64,000 bases of DNA from Verrucomicrobiaceae bacterium (GCA_051252135.1 JBPOGH010000011.1:96500-160499); one strand, 5' to 3'. Shown: positions 31,100 to 41,188, counted from the stretch's first letter. Notes: generated from the sequence alone by a model not told the origin. Numbers and translations are program-made.

Positions 31100-31924
31100 A
31101 TGACCCGGTCCCGCCGACTCCTCCCTCTCCTCCTCACCACCGCGATTTCCCCTCTCCTCGCCGACAAAACCCCGGAGAACGACCCAAACGTCATCTTCGC
31201 CACCGGCTTCGAAAACGACGACTGGAGGAAGCACTGGGACGGAGGAAAACGCAAAACCGTCGCCGTCATCGATCAGGACCCCGCCCGAAAGTTCGCCCCC
31301 CTCCACGGCAAAGCCCTTTCCATCACCACCCCCAAGGGCCAACACTACGGAGCCAGCATCGAATTCCCCTTCAACAAAACCAAGGACGGCGAACCCACCG
31401 AGATCCACTTCCGCTACTACCTCCGCTTGGGCGACGACTGGAACCCCACCGACGGCGGCAAGTTCCCCGGCATCGGCGGCACCTACGGTAAAGCCGGCTG
31501 GGGCGGACGTCCCGCCGATGGCACCAACGGTTGGTCCGCCCGCGGGCTCTTCAGAGGCAGCAAGGACGGAAAAACCCCAATCGGATTCTACTGCTACCAC
31601 GCCGAAATGAAGGGGCAATATGGCGACAACTTCCTCTGGGACAAAGACAACCTCGGCCTCCTCGAAAACAACCGCTGGTACTGCATCGAGCAATACGCCA
31701 GGCTCAATACCATTGGCAAAAGCGATGGCATCCTCCGCGCCTGGATCGATGGCCAACTTGCCTTCGAAAAGACCGACCTCCGCATGCGCCACACCCCCAA
31801 CCTCAAAATTCAGAACATCTGGATCAACCTCTACCACGGAGGAAAATCCCCCGCCTCCAGCGAGGACCACGTCTTCATCGATGACATCGTCATCTCCCGC
31901 GCCCCCATCGGACCCCGGAAATGA
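31100..31924 (+). CDS. Secreted polysaccharide lyase family 14-like protein
   Basis: Signal peptide; FRYYLRL, GGKFPG, GWSAR, NT.GKSDG.LRAWIDG, YHGG. Confidence 0.75.
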   Translation: MTRSRRLLPLLLTTAISPLLADKTPENDPNVIFATGFENDDWRKHWDGGKRKTVAVIDQDPARKFAPLHGKALSITTPKGQHYGASIEFPFNKTKDGEPTEIHFRYYLRLGDDWNPTDGGKFPGIGGTYGKAGWGGRPADGTNGWSARGLFRGSKDGKTPIGFYCYHAEMKGQYGDNFLWDKDNLGLLENNRWYCIEQYARLNTIGKSDGILRAWIDGQLAFEKTDLRMRHTPNLKIQNIWINLYHGGKSPASSEDHVFIDDIVISRAPIGPRK

Positions 31925-32013
31925 CCCCTCGCCCATCAAAGGAACTTCGTGACAGCTCCGCCGAAAGCGCCTAACAAAATCCCCATCCCGACCGACCTCT
32001 CCCGATTCCACCC

Positions 32014-32769
32014 ATGGCAAAACCAAGACCCCTTCTCAACAAGAGCCTTGTCACCAATCTCATCGCCATTCTCCTCGCTGTCGGAGGCTACTTCCTCTGC
32101 GGCCCCTTCCGCGATCCGGTCCTCAATATCGGACTGTTCGCCTTCTCCGGAGCACTCACCAATTGGCTCGCCATTCACATGCTCTTTGAAAAGGTTCCCG
32201 GCTTCTACGGCTCGGGAGTCATCCCCGCCCGATTCGAGGATTTTAAAATCGGAATCCACCAGCTCATCATGCGCCAGTTCTTCACCGAGGAGAACATCGC
32301 CCGCTTCTTCAAAGGTTCCCCCAAAGCCGATGGCCCCTCCGGCGTGGACCTCGCCCCCCTCATTGATTCCATCGATCTCGCCCCCTCCTTCGATGCCCTG
32401 AAGGTCGCCGTCATGAAGTCCAAGCTCGGAGGAACCCTCGCCATGTTCGGCGGAGCAGCCGCCCTCGACCCCATCAAGCCGGACTTCGTCGATGAAATGA
32501 GAGGAGCCATTAAGGAGATCGCCGCGACCAATGACTTTCAGGAAAAACTCCAGGCCCTCGTCACCGGAGGAAGCACCGGCGGAGACCACTCGGAACTCCT
32601 GGACCGCGTAAACGTCATCGTCGAAAAACGCCTCGATGAACTCACCCCCCGCATGGTGAAGGACATCATCCAGCAGATGATCCGCGACCACCTCGGCTGG
32701 CTCGTCGTCTGGGGCGGAGTCTGCGGAGGCCTGATCGGACTCCTCGCAAGAATCTTGAATCCGACCTAA
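32014..32769 (+). CDS. DUF445-family membrane protein
   Basis: GLFAFSGALTNWLAIHMLFEKVP..YGSGVIP; HLGWLVVWGGV.GGLIG. Confidence 0.88.
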   Translation: MAKPRPLLNKSLVTNLIAILLAVGGYFLCGPFRDPVLNIGLFAFSGALTNWLAIHMLFEKVPGFYGSGVIPARFEDFKIGIHQLIMRQFFTEENIARFFKGSPKADGPSGVDLAPLIDSIDLAPSFDALKVAVMKSKLGGTLAMFGGAAALDPIKPDFVDEMRGAIKEIAATNDFQEKLQALVTGGSTGGDHSELLDRVNVIVEKRLDELTPRMVKDIIQQMIRDHLGWLVVWGGVCGGLIGLLARILNPT

Positions 32770-32903
32770 CAGACTCTGGAGCAGCCGTGTAAAACGCCCT
32801 CGAAATTTCTCAGGAAACGCCACCTCCCGACTCATTTCTCTTCCTCTCCCCCAAGGAGACTATTCCCTTTTCCTGCCTTCGATTATTCTGCTTAATCGCA
32901 CCA

Positions 32904-35501
32904 ATGCGCCGGTGCCTTTGCTTACTTCTCGCCTCTCTTTTCTTAGCAAGTTCGCTTCTGGCCCAAGAGTTCGCCGAGCTCGTCACCAAAGGCCCGCGCG
33001 AGGATTGGATCGAGCCGATCGATTTCTCCACCATCCCGCTTCCATCAAATCCTTCGGGCTCGGCGGAGTATCTCCTCAACGATGCCCGGCATCACCTCGA
33101 AAAAGAAAGCTACTATCGGGAATACGCCTACCTCATTGTCAGCGAAGCGGGCGTCGAGGACTTCTCGCAGCTAACATTCGACTTCCAACCCGAATACCAG
33201 AGCCTCCGCTTCCACGAACTCCAGCTCATCCGCAATGGCGAAGTCCTCGACCGACTCGCCGACACCGAAATCCAAATCCTCCAGCAGGAGAAGGACAGCG
33301 ACCAACTCCTCTACGATGGCGCCCGCTCCGCACACCTGATTTTGAAAGATGTCCGCAAAGGAGACATCCTCAAATACGCCTACACCTTGAAGGGCCAAAA
33401 TCCGGTCTTCAAAGGACACGTTCACAATTTCGCAAAGCTCGGTTACACCAGCCAAATCACCCGTTGCTCACGCACCATTCTTTGGAATCCTTCTGTCCGC
33501 AATCTCCGTTGGCATCTCCTCGGCCCCACGGAACCCATCGATCAGGAACCCCAACTCGTCACCGTCAACGACTCCCTTCACAAACTCACCTGGGACGCCT
33601 CCCCACTCCCCAAGTATTCCTATGAAGACAACACCCCCGGCTGGATTCTCGAAACCCCGTGGCTGGAGTACTGCGACTACGCAGACTGGACCGCCTTCGG
33701 AATCTGGGCCAATGGCCTTTTCGAGGTCGACCCGCAACTCCCTCCGGAACTCATCACCATTTGCGATAAACTCAAAGCCGAAGCCAAAAGCGATGAGGAT
33801 CTCATCGTGCAAACCCTCAGGTGGGTGCAGCGAAACGTCCGCTACCTCGGAAGCTTCATGGGCTCCCACACCCACCAGCCCTACCCCATCGCCACCATCT
33901 TCGAGCGACGCTTTGGAGACTGCAAGGACCAGGGCGTCCTCACCACCGCCATGCTGCGCTACCTCTCTTTTGACGCCGCGCCCGCCCTCGTCAACACCGC
34001 CCGATGGGACAGGCTCACCGACTACTTTCCCGGCCACGGCGCTTTCAATCACCTCATCGTCCACCTCCGCTGGCAGGACGAGGACTTCTGGCTCGACCCC
34101 ACCTACACCTTCCAGGGAGGAACCCTCCACAATCTCCACTCCACCAATCTCCGCTACGCCTTTGTCGCCCGCGAAGGGGAGACCGATCTGAGAAATGTCG
34201 AACCCCGTGGACTCAACGTCAGCCTAACCACCATTCACGATGACCTCACCATTCATAACCTCGCCGGCCGCGCCACCTTCCTCGTAAAAACCGTCACCAC
34301 CGGAGACGATGCCAACTCCGCCAGACGCTACTTCGCCAGAAAATCCCTCGATTCCATCAACGAAGACTACCTCGAATTCTATCAATCGTTCTACCCCGGC
34401 ACAAAAAGCGTAAAACCCCTCACCTTCACCGATGACCCGGAGAGCAACACCTTCACCACCATCGAGCATTATGAAGTCGATAACATCTGGACCAGGGAGG
34501 AAGGCGACGAGGAAAACGAGGGCTATCGATACGCCTCCCTCTCGGGTTACCTCCTCGATGACAAACTGAACTATCCCGACGAAGGAAAGCGCAACTTGCC
34601 CTACTCCGTGAGCTTCCCCCAAAACCTCAAACACACCGTGCGGGCCAAACTCCCCATCGATTGGGATATCGAAAACGCCTCGGAGGTCATCAAGTGCGAC
34701 GCCTTCACTTCCCGGGTGAAATCCACCTACGCCAACCGCGTGCTCAACCTGGAGTTCAGCTACCGCGCACTGGCCCGCTCGGTCTCCCCGGAAGACTATC
34801 AAACCTACAGCAAGCGCCTCGAGAAGCTCCTCGATGAGATCAACTACTCGGTCTACATCTATGACGAGAACGACGAAGTCACAGAGCCGAAGGAAACCGA
34901 ATCAACAATCGGATACCTCCTGTGGGGCAGCGGCCTCATGTTGGGGCTCATGATCGGCGGGGTCACCACAACCTTGCTTTACTTCTTCTGGAACCCCAAT
35001 CCCCGCCTCCCTCAAACCACCGCATTCATGGGAATCGGAGGATGGCTCATTCTCCCCACCATCGGCATCCTTCTTGCCCCCTTCTGGCAGCTGGGTTTCT
35101 TAAAAAGCTTCTTTTCCGCCCTCCCCGAAATGGAGTCCTACTTTGAGAGCGAGACCGGATGGGTCGGTTGGCGCCTCTACTATTTCCTGAACGGATTCGA
35201 GGGCGGGTTCCTCCTCTTCCTCACGGTTCTCCTGATCGTCTTCCTCTTCACCAAGCGCACCGCCTTCCCCTACTTCTACCTCATCTTACTTGTCATCAGA
35301 TTCCTGAGCCAGGGGCTGGAAATGTTCTGGGAAACAACCCTTCCCGACTACGATAGCGAAGGCGAAAACGTGGGAGAGTTGGTCAAACTTCTCTTCCAGG
35401 GCCTGATCTGGGGAAGCTACATGATGATGTCGAATCGCGTAAAAGCCACCTTCGTCCACCGTCGGGGCCCACCTTCATCTCCCCCCGCCCTCCCGTCCTG
35501 A
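32904..35501 (+). CDS. DUF3857 + transglutaminase-like domain protein with a C-terminal DUF2569-like membrane domain
   Basis: DVRKGDILKYAY, catalytic triad GDCKD / FNH / WLDPT; GIGGWLIL.. and SNRVKATF in the TM region. Confidence 0.82.
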   Translation: MRRCLCLLLASLFLASSLLAQEFAELVTKGPREDWIEPIDFSTIPLPSNPSGSAEYLLNDARHHLEKESYYREYAYLIVSEAGVEDFSQLTFDFQPEYQSLRFHELQLIRNGEVLDRLADTEIQILQQEKDSDQLLYDGARSAHLILKDVRKGDILKYAYTLKGQNPVFKGHVHNFAKLGYTSQITRCSRTILWNPSVRNLRWHLLGPTEPIDQEPQLVTVNDSLHKLTWDASPLPKYSYEDNTPGWILETPWLEYCDYADWTAFGIWANGLFEVDPQLPPELITICDKLKAEAKSDEDLIVQTLRWVQRNVRYLGSFMGSHTHQPYPIATIFERRFGDCKDQGVLTTAMLRYLSFDAAPALVNTARWDRLTDYFPGHGAFNHLIVHLRWQDEDFWLDPTYTFQGGTLHNLHSTNLRYAFVAREGETDLRNVEPRGLNVSLTTIHDDLTIHNLAGRATFLVKTVTTGDDANSARRYFARKSLDSINEDYLEFYQSFYPGTKSVKPLTFTDDPESNTFTTIEHYEVDNIWTREEGDEENEGYRYASLSGYLLDDKLNYPDEGKRNLPYSVSFPQNLKHTVRAKLPIDWDIENASEVIKCDAFTSRVKSTYANRVLNLEFSYRALARSVSPEDYQTYSKRLEKLLDEINYSVYIYDENDEVTEPKETESTIGYLLWGSGLMLGLMIGGVTTTLLYFFWNPNPRLPQTTAFMGIGGWLILPTIGILLAPFWQLGFLKSFFSALPEMESYFESETGWVGWRLYYFLNGFEGGFLLFLTVLLIVFLFTKRTAFPYFYLILLVIRFLSQGLEMFWETTLPDYDSEGENVGELVKLLFQGLIWGSYMMMSNRVKATFVHRRGPPSSPPALPS

Positions 35502-35528
35502 AGATCGGACTGCAAGAGCACCCCGCTC

Positions 35529-36620
35529 CTACTCCTCAAAATCCCCGCTCCCCCAGGACCCGCAGCTCCACTTCCAGGTCTCGGGGTCGGCCCAGTCTTT
35601 CACCGTGAGGGTCACTTCCAGCTCATCGCCCACTTCCGCGTAACTCTGATCCAAACGTAAAATCCGATACCCCCAATGCGGAGCACGTTCCGGATCAAGC
35701 GGACTCGAACTCAGCACCAGGTCATCATCCACTTTGGCCTTCATGTAAACCACCAGCCCGTCCAGAAGCCCTTCCCGCTTCACCTTCCGTGTAAACGTCA
35801 CCTTCAAGGGCATGCTCGACTCCGTAACCGTATGGAGATCCACCTCCACCACCGGCTTCGGATCACCCAGAAAATGCTTCACCACCCCCAGATCACAGCT
35901 CACCAATCCATGGTATTCCACCTCCGTTGGCCGACTCCGTGACATGCTCGAAAAGTCGAACCCATGCACGTCGGTCAAATCCCAAATGTAAGGAACCCGC
36001 CGATCGTCATGCAAGGTCATCGGCTCACAAAACAACTCAAACTCGCTCGGCAAGATCAACCCGCCCGGCTTCAAAAACCGATCCCGCAGATCGCACACGT
36101 TCGGCACCATCGCCTCATCGAACAAAAAATCCCCCATCTGTTCGTGCAGTATCACATCCACCGGCTCCTCCAGATACAGCTTCGTGCTGTGCACATCTTC
36201 GAAACTCACATTCTCGATCCCATTCTCCGCCGCCAGACACATCGCATGCTCGATGATCGAGGAATGATCCACCGCATAGACGTGGGACGCCCCCTGCCGT
36301 GATGCAAAGGCCGCTAAAATCCCCGTCCCCGTCCCCAAATCAATCACCCGGTCACCCGGCTGAATCTTCCGCCTGATCGCCTCATGATAAAACGCCATCC
36401 GCTGCTGGTCCGCCAACATCCGCTCCTGCGCATGCAGATCGGCAAAGTAATCTTCGTTAAAACGACGGTACTTCTCCGCCGGAGTCTCAACCTTTTCCGG
36501 CGCATAAAACCAAGCCCGCAACCGCTCCGATCCACCCAGCCACTTCCCCAACCGACCACAGGCACCCCGCACGCGCTCGGAAACAGAAACCGTAATACCT
36601 TGGATCGAAGAGAGTGACAT
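35529..36620 (-). CDS. PRMT-like (protein arginine methyltransferase-like) SAM-dependent methyltransferase
   Basis: MLADQQRMAFY, VIDLGTGTG, VYAVD, VDVILHEQMGDFLFDE, FLKPGGLILP, WDLTDVHGFDFS, PHW; start uncertain. Confidence 0.82.
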   Translation of the reverse strand: MSLSSIQGITVSVSERVRGACGRLGKWLGGSERLRAWFYAPEKVETPAEKYRRFNEDYFADLHAQERMLADQQRMAFYHEAIRRKIQPGDRVIDLGTGTGILAAFASRQGASHVYAVDHSSIIEHAMCLAAENGIENVSFEDVHSTKLYLEEPVDVILHEQMGDFLFDEAMVPNVCDLRDRFLKPGGLILPSEFELFCEPMTLHDDRRVPYIWDLTDVHGFDFSSMSRSRPTEVEYHGLVSCDLGVVKHFLGDPKPVVEVDLHTVTESSMPLKVTFTRKVKREGLLDGLVVYMKAKVDDDLVLSSSPLDPERAPHWGYRILRLDQSYAEVGDELEVTLTVKDWADPETWKWSCGSWGSGDFEE

Positions 36621-36729
36621 CAGCCTAAAAGTCGGGCCCTCCCGATTCGCCACCCTAGAATGACCGCCACCAGCAAAAAGCTTAATTTGACCGCATCTTC
36701 CACCCCCTTCATCCTTTCTCCACCCACCC

Positions 36730-37710
36730 ATGCCCGCCCTCAACCCGCACTTCCAATCTTCCCTCTGCTCCGCCTTCGGTGCCTCTTCCATGGAAATCTC
36801 GGAAGTCATCCAGGACCTCTGGAGCGGCTACGGACAAATCCTCCGCATCCGTCTCGACGGAGGCTCATCAGCCACCGTCATCGCCAAGCACATCCGCATG
36901 GCCACCACCTCCAACCACCCCCGGGGCTGGAACTCCAACCTCTCCCATCAACGCAAACTCAATTCCTACCAAGTCGAGACCGCCTGGTATCGCCACTGGA
37001 GCCAACGCTGCGGCCAACATTGCCGCATCCCAAAACTCCTCTCCTTCGACCAACATCACGACGAAATCCTCCTCGTCCTCGAAGACCTCGACGCCGCCGG
37101 CTACCCCGCCCGCCTCACCTCCGTCACCCCCACCCAGCTTCACTCCTGCCTCGACTGGCTCGCTCATTTCCACGCCACCTTCATGGGCTCAAATCCCGAC
37201 CAACTCTGGCAAACCGGCACCTACTGGCACCTCGCCACCCGCAGCGAAGAACTCGCCTCCCTCGACGACCTCCCCCTCAAAAACGCCGCCCCCACCCTCG
37301 ACCACCTCCTCTCAAACGCCGGCTACCAAACCATCGTCCACGGCGATGCCAAGCTCGCCAACTTCTGCTTCTCCCCATCCGGAAACCAAGTCGCCGCTGT
37401 CGATTTCCAATACGTCGGTGGAGGATGCGGCATGAAGGACCTCGCCTACTTCATCGGCTCCTGCCTCGATGAATCCGCCTGCGAACAACAGGAAGCACCA
37501 CTCCTCGACCACTACTTCAACACCCTCCGCACCGCCCTCGCCACCCACCACCCCCACATCGACCCCCACGCTGTCGAGGCCGAATGGCGCCCCCTCTTCC
37601 CCATCGCCTGGACCGACTTCCACCGCTTCCTCAAAGGCTGGAGCCCCGGCCACTGGAAGATCAATTCCTACAGCGAACGCCTCGCCCGCCAGGTCCTCAA
37701 CACACTCTAA
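36730..37710 (+). CDS. Ecdysteroid-kinase-like / APH-family phosphotransferase
   Basis: [37 protein letters not shown]. Confidence 0.85.
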   Translation: MPALNPHFQSSLCSAFGASSMEISEVIQDLWSGYGQILRIRLDGGSSATVIAKHIRMATTSNHPRGWNSNLSHQRKLNSYQVETAWYRHWSQRCGQHCRIPKLLSFDQHHDEILLVLEDLDAAGYPARLTSVTPTQLHSCLDWLAHFHATFMGSNPDQLWQTGTYWHLATRSEELASLDDLPLKNAAPTLDHLLSNAGYQTIVHGDAKLANFCFSPSGNQVAAVDFQYVGGGCGMKDLAYFIGSCLDESACEQQEAPLLDHYFNTLRTALATHHPHIDPHAVEAEWRPLFPIAWTDFHRFLKGWSPGHWKINSYSERLARQVLNTL

Positions 37711-37770
37711 CACATCCAGTGTTTGCAGAAGACCCCGGTTTCCCCCAAGATGCCGTTCACCTGCAACGAG

Positions 37771-38490
37771 ATGAGTGAACCCGAACCCCGCCCCAACCGC
37801 CGCCGAAGTCGTCGCCCGGCTTCATCGTCATCGAACTCCGGCCCCGACAGCACCGATTCAGCCGACCCAAAAAAGCCAAAGCAGCAGTCCAAGCTCATGG
37901 CACCCACAAAAGCCGAGACCGCCCTCCTCCCCCCCTTCCAGGGTATCTCCTCCGATCAAATCTACGTCCCAAAAACCCGCTCCGAATGCCACGACGCCGT
38001 CGATGAAATCCTCGCCGCAGGCATCGGCGGCTTCGACACCGAAGCCAAACCCACCTTCCGGGCCGGCCAAAAAAGCAACGGCCCCCACGTCGTCCAATTC
38101 GCCCTCACCGACAAAGCCTTCATCTTCCAGCTCCATCGCGACTCTTGCGAAAAAGCCTCCGCCGAACTCCTCGCCTCCCCGGACGTCCTCAAGGTCGGCT
38201 TCGGTCTCAAAAACGACCACAAACAGGTCCGCGACCGCTTCGGCATCGCACTCAACCACGTCCTCGACCTCGACCAGACCTTCCGCAAGCTCGGCTACCG
38301 CGGCCAAATCGGCGTCCGCGGAGCCATGGGAGTCCTCCTCAACCTCTGCTTCAAAAAGTCAAAAGCCACCACCACCAGCAACTGGGCCCTCCCCGAGCTC
38401 TCCCCCCGGCAACTCCACTACGCCGCCAACGACGCCTACGCCGCCCTCAAAATCATGGAAGCCCTCCAGGACCAAGGCCATCTCGAGTAG
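37771..38490 (+). CDS. DEDDy 3'-5' exonuclease (RNase D/WRN-like)
   Basis: GFDTE, KVGFGLKND, SNW..LS..QLHYAANDA; start uncertain. Confidence 0.88.
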   Translation: MSEPEPRPNRRRSRRPASSSSNSGPDSTDSADPKKPKQQSKLMAPTKAETALLPPFQGISSDQIYVPKTRSECHDAVDEILAAGIGGFDTEAKPTFRAGQKSNGPHVVQFALTDKAFIFQLHRDSCEKASAELLASPDVLKVGFGLKNDHKQVRDRFGIALNHVLDLDQTFRKLGYRGQIGVRGAMGVLLNLCFKKSKATTTSNWALPELSPRQLHYAANDAYAALKIMEALQDQGHLE

Positions 38491-38553
38491 CTTGAAATGA
38501 GTCACCCTCGTGACACTCGGCCCTTTATTTGACATGACTCTCCTGCTAAGCCC

Positions 38554-38994
38554 ATGCCCATGTTAGCAAAATTTTCGTTGTGGTTCCTGGGGTGCTTGCT
38601 GACCATCTGCTGGCTGGGCACCCTCAGCCGAACCATTTCCTACCCGGGGCGCTTCCGATTTGCAGTCGACGATAACACCCTTTTTATAGGGCTCAGCATC
38701 CTCCTGGCAGGCTGGTTTATCGCCATCACTAGAACCTCGGAAACGTCGACCAATCGCGTCACCTCCGACTACCTAAAGTTGCTCGCCACTCTCGACGGAA
38801 AGAATCTCACCCACAACGAACTTTCCGAAGAAATCGGCGAGGACTCCGTCCAGCCAATCGGGTGTGAAAATAGCTTTTCACTGAAAAGCTACCTGAGCAC
38901 TAATCAGCGGAACTCCCTCGAACGTCTTGTCTACGAAGGAAAAATCATCCTCCGCAACGGAAAATATTCCCTGCCGGATCGTTCAAGAAGCTAG
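38554..38994 (+). CDS. Hypothetical two-TM membrane protein
   Basis: 146 aa; two hydrophobic segments and a soluble C-terminus; weaker C-skew than its neighbours. Confidence 0.55.
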   Translation: MPMLAKFSLWFLGCLLTICWLGTLSRTISYPGRFRFAVDDNTLFIGLSILLAGWFIAITRTSETSTNRVTSDYLKLLATLDGKNLTHNELSEEIGEDSVQPIGCENSFSLKSYLSTNQRNSLERLVYEGKIILRNGKYSLPDRSRS

Positions 38995-39004
38995 GCCCTC
39001 GCCC

Positions 39005-39424
39005 CTACCCACCCGCAAACACCGGCTGAAATCCCGCCTCCGTGAGGATCCTCTTCACCTCCTCACGCTTGTCTCCCTGGATTTCAATGCACCCGTCCTT
39101 CACCGTCCCGCCCACCCCGCAGGACTTCTGAATCTTCTTCGCCAAATCCTGCTTCTCCGCCAAGCCAATCCCCACAAAGTTCTTCGCCACCGTCACCCCC
39201 TTGCCTCCACGGCCCGACGTCTGACGCACAATATCCACCCGCCCCCGCTTCATATTCTTCTCCCCCCGCTTCGAGCTCTTCACCGGCACCACCGGAGCCA
39301 CCTCCTCCGGCCCCGCCGGCAATTCCCCCAGCCCATCCAACGCCCCTCCCCCAAACACATTGGGCACCTCCGGCTCCTCCTCCATCCGCTTCGCTCGATC
39401 TTTTCTCCGGCTCATCAAACCCAT
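39005..39424 (-). CDS. yciH: SUI1/eIF1-family translation initiation factor
   Basis: GRGGKGVT, LAKKIQKSCGVGGTVKDGCIEIQGDKR. Confidence 0.9.
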   Translation of the reverse strand: MGLMSRRKDRAKRMEEEPEVPNVFGGGALDGLGELPAGPEEVAPVVPVKSSKRGEKNMKRGRVDIVRQTSGRGGKGVTVAKNFVGIGLAEKQDLAKKIQKSCGVGGTVKDGCIEIQGDKREEVKRILTEAGFQPVFAGG

Positions 39425-39473
39425 TCAAAAGCCGAACCCCAAAAACAACACGCTTTTTCTCCTATCCACATCC

Positions 39474-39489
39474 ATGACTCCGGAGTCAT
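39474..39489. promoter_or_regulatory. Palindromic operator ATGACT-N4-AGTCAT, copy 1
   Basis: Perfect 16-bp palindrome ATGACTCCGGAGTCAT, abutting TATAAC, upstream of the metallophosphoesterase. Confidence 0.65.
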
Positions 39490-39547
39490 ATAACTGTCCA
39501 ACCTCCCCCTGATTCGATCCGCCGACCACGCTTAACCTTCACTCGTA

Positions 39548-41134
39548 ATGACAAAGAAATCCTACGACCTTATCGGCGACATCCACGGACGATTCGACAA
39601 ACTCGCCCCCCTCCTCAAGTCGCTCGGCTACCGCCACAACGGCACCTCCCTCGCCCACCCCAATCCCAACCGCACCGCCATCTTCCTCGGCGATCTCATC
39701 GACCCCAAGGACGACACCGTCCCCAACGGCACCCGCGAGGTCCTCCACACCGTCCGCGATATGGTCGAGGCCGGAGCCGCCCGCTGCATCCTCGGAAATC
39801 ACGAATACAACTTCGTCGCCTACCGCACCCGCAACACGGACGGCCACCCCATCCGCCCCCATATCGCCAAAAATCACAAAATGCATGCCGGAACAGAAGC
39901 CGCCTTCACCGCCCACCCCGATGAGTTGGAAAACATCTTCCTCCCCTGGATCAAAACCCTCCCCTTCCACCTCGACCTCCCGGAACTCCGCGCCGTCCAC
40001 GCCTGCTGGCACCCGGCCTCGCTCGACCTCTTGAAAGACAAAACCCTCGCCGACCTCGACTTCCTCTCCAAGAGCGGAATCAAGGGAACCCACGAATACC
40101 ACGCGGTCGAGATCGCCCTCAAAGGAATAGAAATCGCCCTTCCCGAAGGAGAAGTCTTCCACGACCACACCGGCACCCCCCGCCGCCACATCCGCGCCCG
40201 CTGGTGGGACAAGGACGCCACTGGAGCCACCATCCGAAACGTCGTCTTCCCGCCAAAGGACGACCTCCCGGACACCCCGATCGACCCAAGCGAGATCGCC
40301 AAACTCCCCGGCTACCGCCTCGCCGAAAAACCCCTCTTCTTCGGGCACTACTACAAGACCTTCACCCCCCGTCACCCCATCCTCGCCTTCGAGCACGAGG
40401 CGCCCAACCTCATCTGCCTCGATTTCTCAGCCGCCACCAACGGCCCCCTCACCTCCTACCACTGGACCACCGGCGAACGCCACCTCTTCCCCGAAAACCT
40501 CCACCTCGCCGACCCCGCCAATCCCCTCGGTCTCATCACCGCCTTCCTCAGCGCCATGCCCGCCACGGACGGATATGCAAACAACGCCTGGACCAGCCTC
40601 ACCGCCGCCGCAGGAGATCTCCCCTTCCTCTACGAAGAAACCTACGGCCCCTGGGCGGCCCTGGTCCTTGCCGACATCGACGTCTCCGATCTCGCCGATC
40701 TCTGGCTCAGCAACACCGATGAGGGCTCGGATTTCGAATGGGAATTCTCCAACAAGCACCCCAACCGCGAACTCACTCCCAACGACTTCCCTCCCCCCAA
40801 AACAATGGCCCTCGACCTCACCGACCACTTCCTCGGCCACCTCCGTGCTCACGCCGAAGACATCCACAGCTTGAGAGAAAATATCAATCTCCACCTCGAA
40901 GCCCTCGCTGAAGAGGCCCTAGAAGAGGAAGAACCCAACGACGGCCCATGGACCCTCGGATTCGTCGAAAACCGAAACACCACCGACCTCGACGCCCCCA
41001 TCATCCCCATGAGCGGACACCTCTACCAAACCTACGAGGAAGCCAAACTCGCTGCCGACACACGGAACCAGGAAGCCCGCGAGGAAGAAGGCATGTTCGC
41101 CGACCTAATCGTCGTCAGAAGAATGCCCCTTTAA
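39548..41134 (+). CDS. Calcineurin-like metallophosphoesterase with a ~200-aa acidic C-terminal extension
   Basis: IGDIHG, LGDLID, GNHE, VHACW, FFGHY, CLDFSA. Confidence 0.85.
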   Translation: MTKKSYDLIGDIHGRFDKLAPLLKSLGYRHNGTSLAHPNPNRTAIFLGDLIDPKDDTVPNGTREVLHTVRDMVEAGAARCILGNHEYNFVAYRTRNTDGHPIRPHIAKNHKMHAGTEAAFTAHPDELENIFLPWIKTLPFHLDLPELRAVHACWHPASLDLLKDKTLADLDFLSKSGIKGTHEYHAVEIALKGIEIALPEGEVFHDHTGTPRRHIRARWWDKDATGATIRNVVFPPKDDLPDTPIDPSEIAKLPGYRLAEKPLFFGHYYKTFTPRHPILAFEHEAPNLICLDFSAATNGPLTSYHWTTGERHLFPENLHLADPANPLGLITAFLSAMPATDGYANNAWTSLTAAAGDLPFLYEETYGPWAALVLADIDVSDLADLWLSNTDEGSDFEWEFSNKHPNRELTPNDFPPPKTMALDLTDHFLGHLRAHAEDIHSLRENINLHLEALAEEALEEEEPNDGPWTLGFVENRNTTDLDAPIIPMSGHLYQTYEEAKLAADTRNQEAREEEGMFADLIVVRRMPL

Positions 41135-41147
41135 AACCTCCGCCACC

Positions 41148-41188
41148 TTGACACCCCACTCCACACTCATGACTATGAAGTCATGAGT
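41148..41188 (+). promoter_or_regulatory. Sigma70-like promoter overlapped by operator copy 2; probable leaderless start of the LysR gene
   Basis: TTGACA (41148)-17 nt-GACTAT; palindrome ACTCATGACT-ATGA-AGTCATGAGT (41165-41188) covers the -10 and the ATG at 41183; no Shine-Dalgarno visible. Confidence 0.65.

Noticed and set aside
30116..32026. 636-aa - strand ORF and similar long antisense or alternate-frame ORFs (e.g. 24041-25300, 54299-56407, 62381-63094)
   Set aside because: Shadow frames of well-supported genes; stop-poor because of high GC and skew; no motifs.
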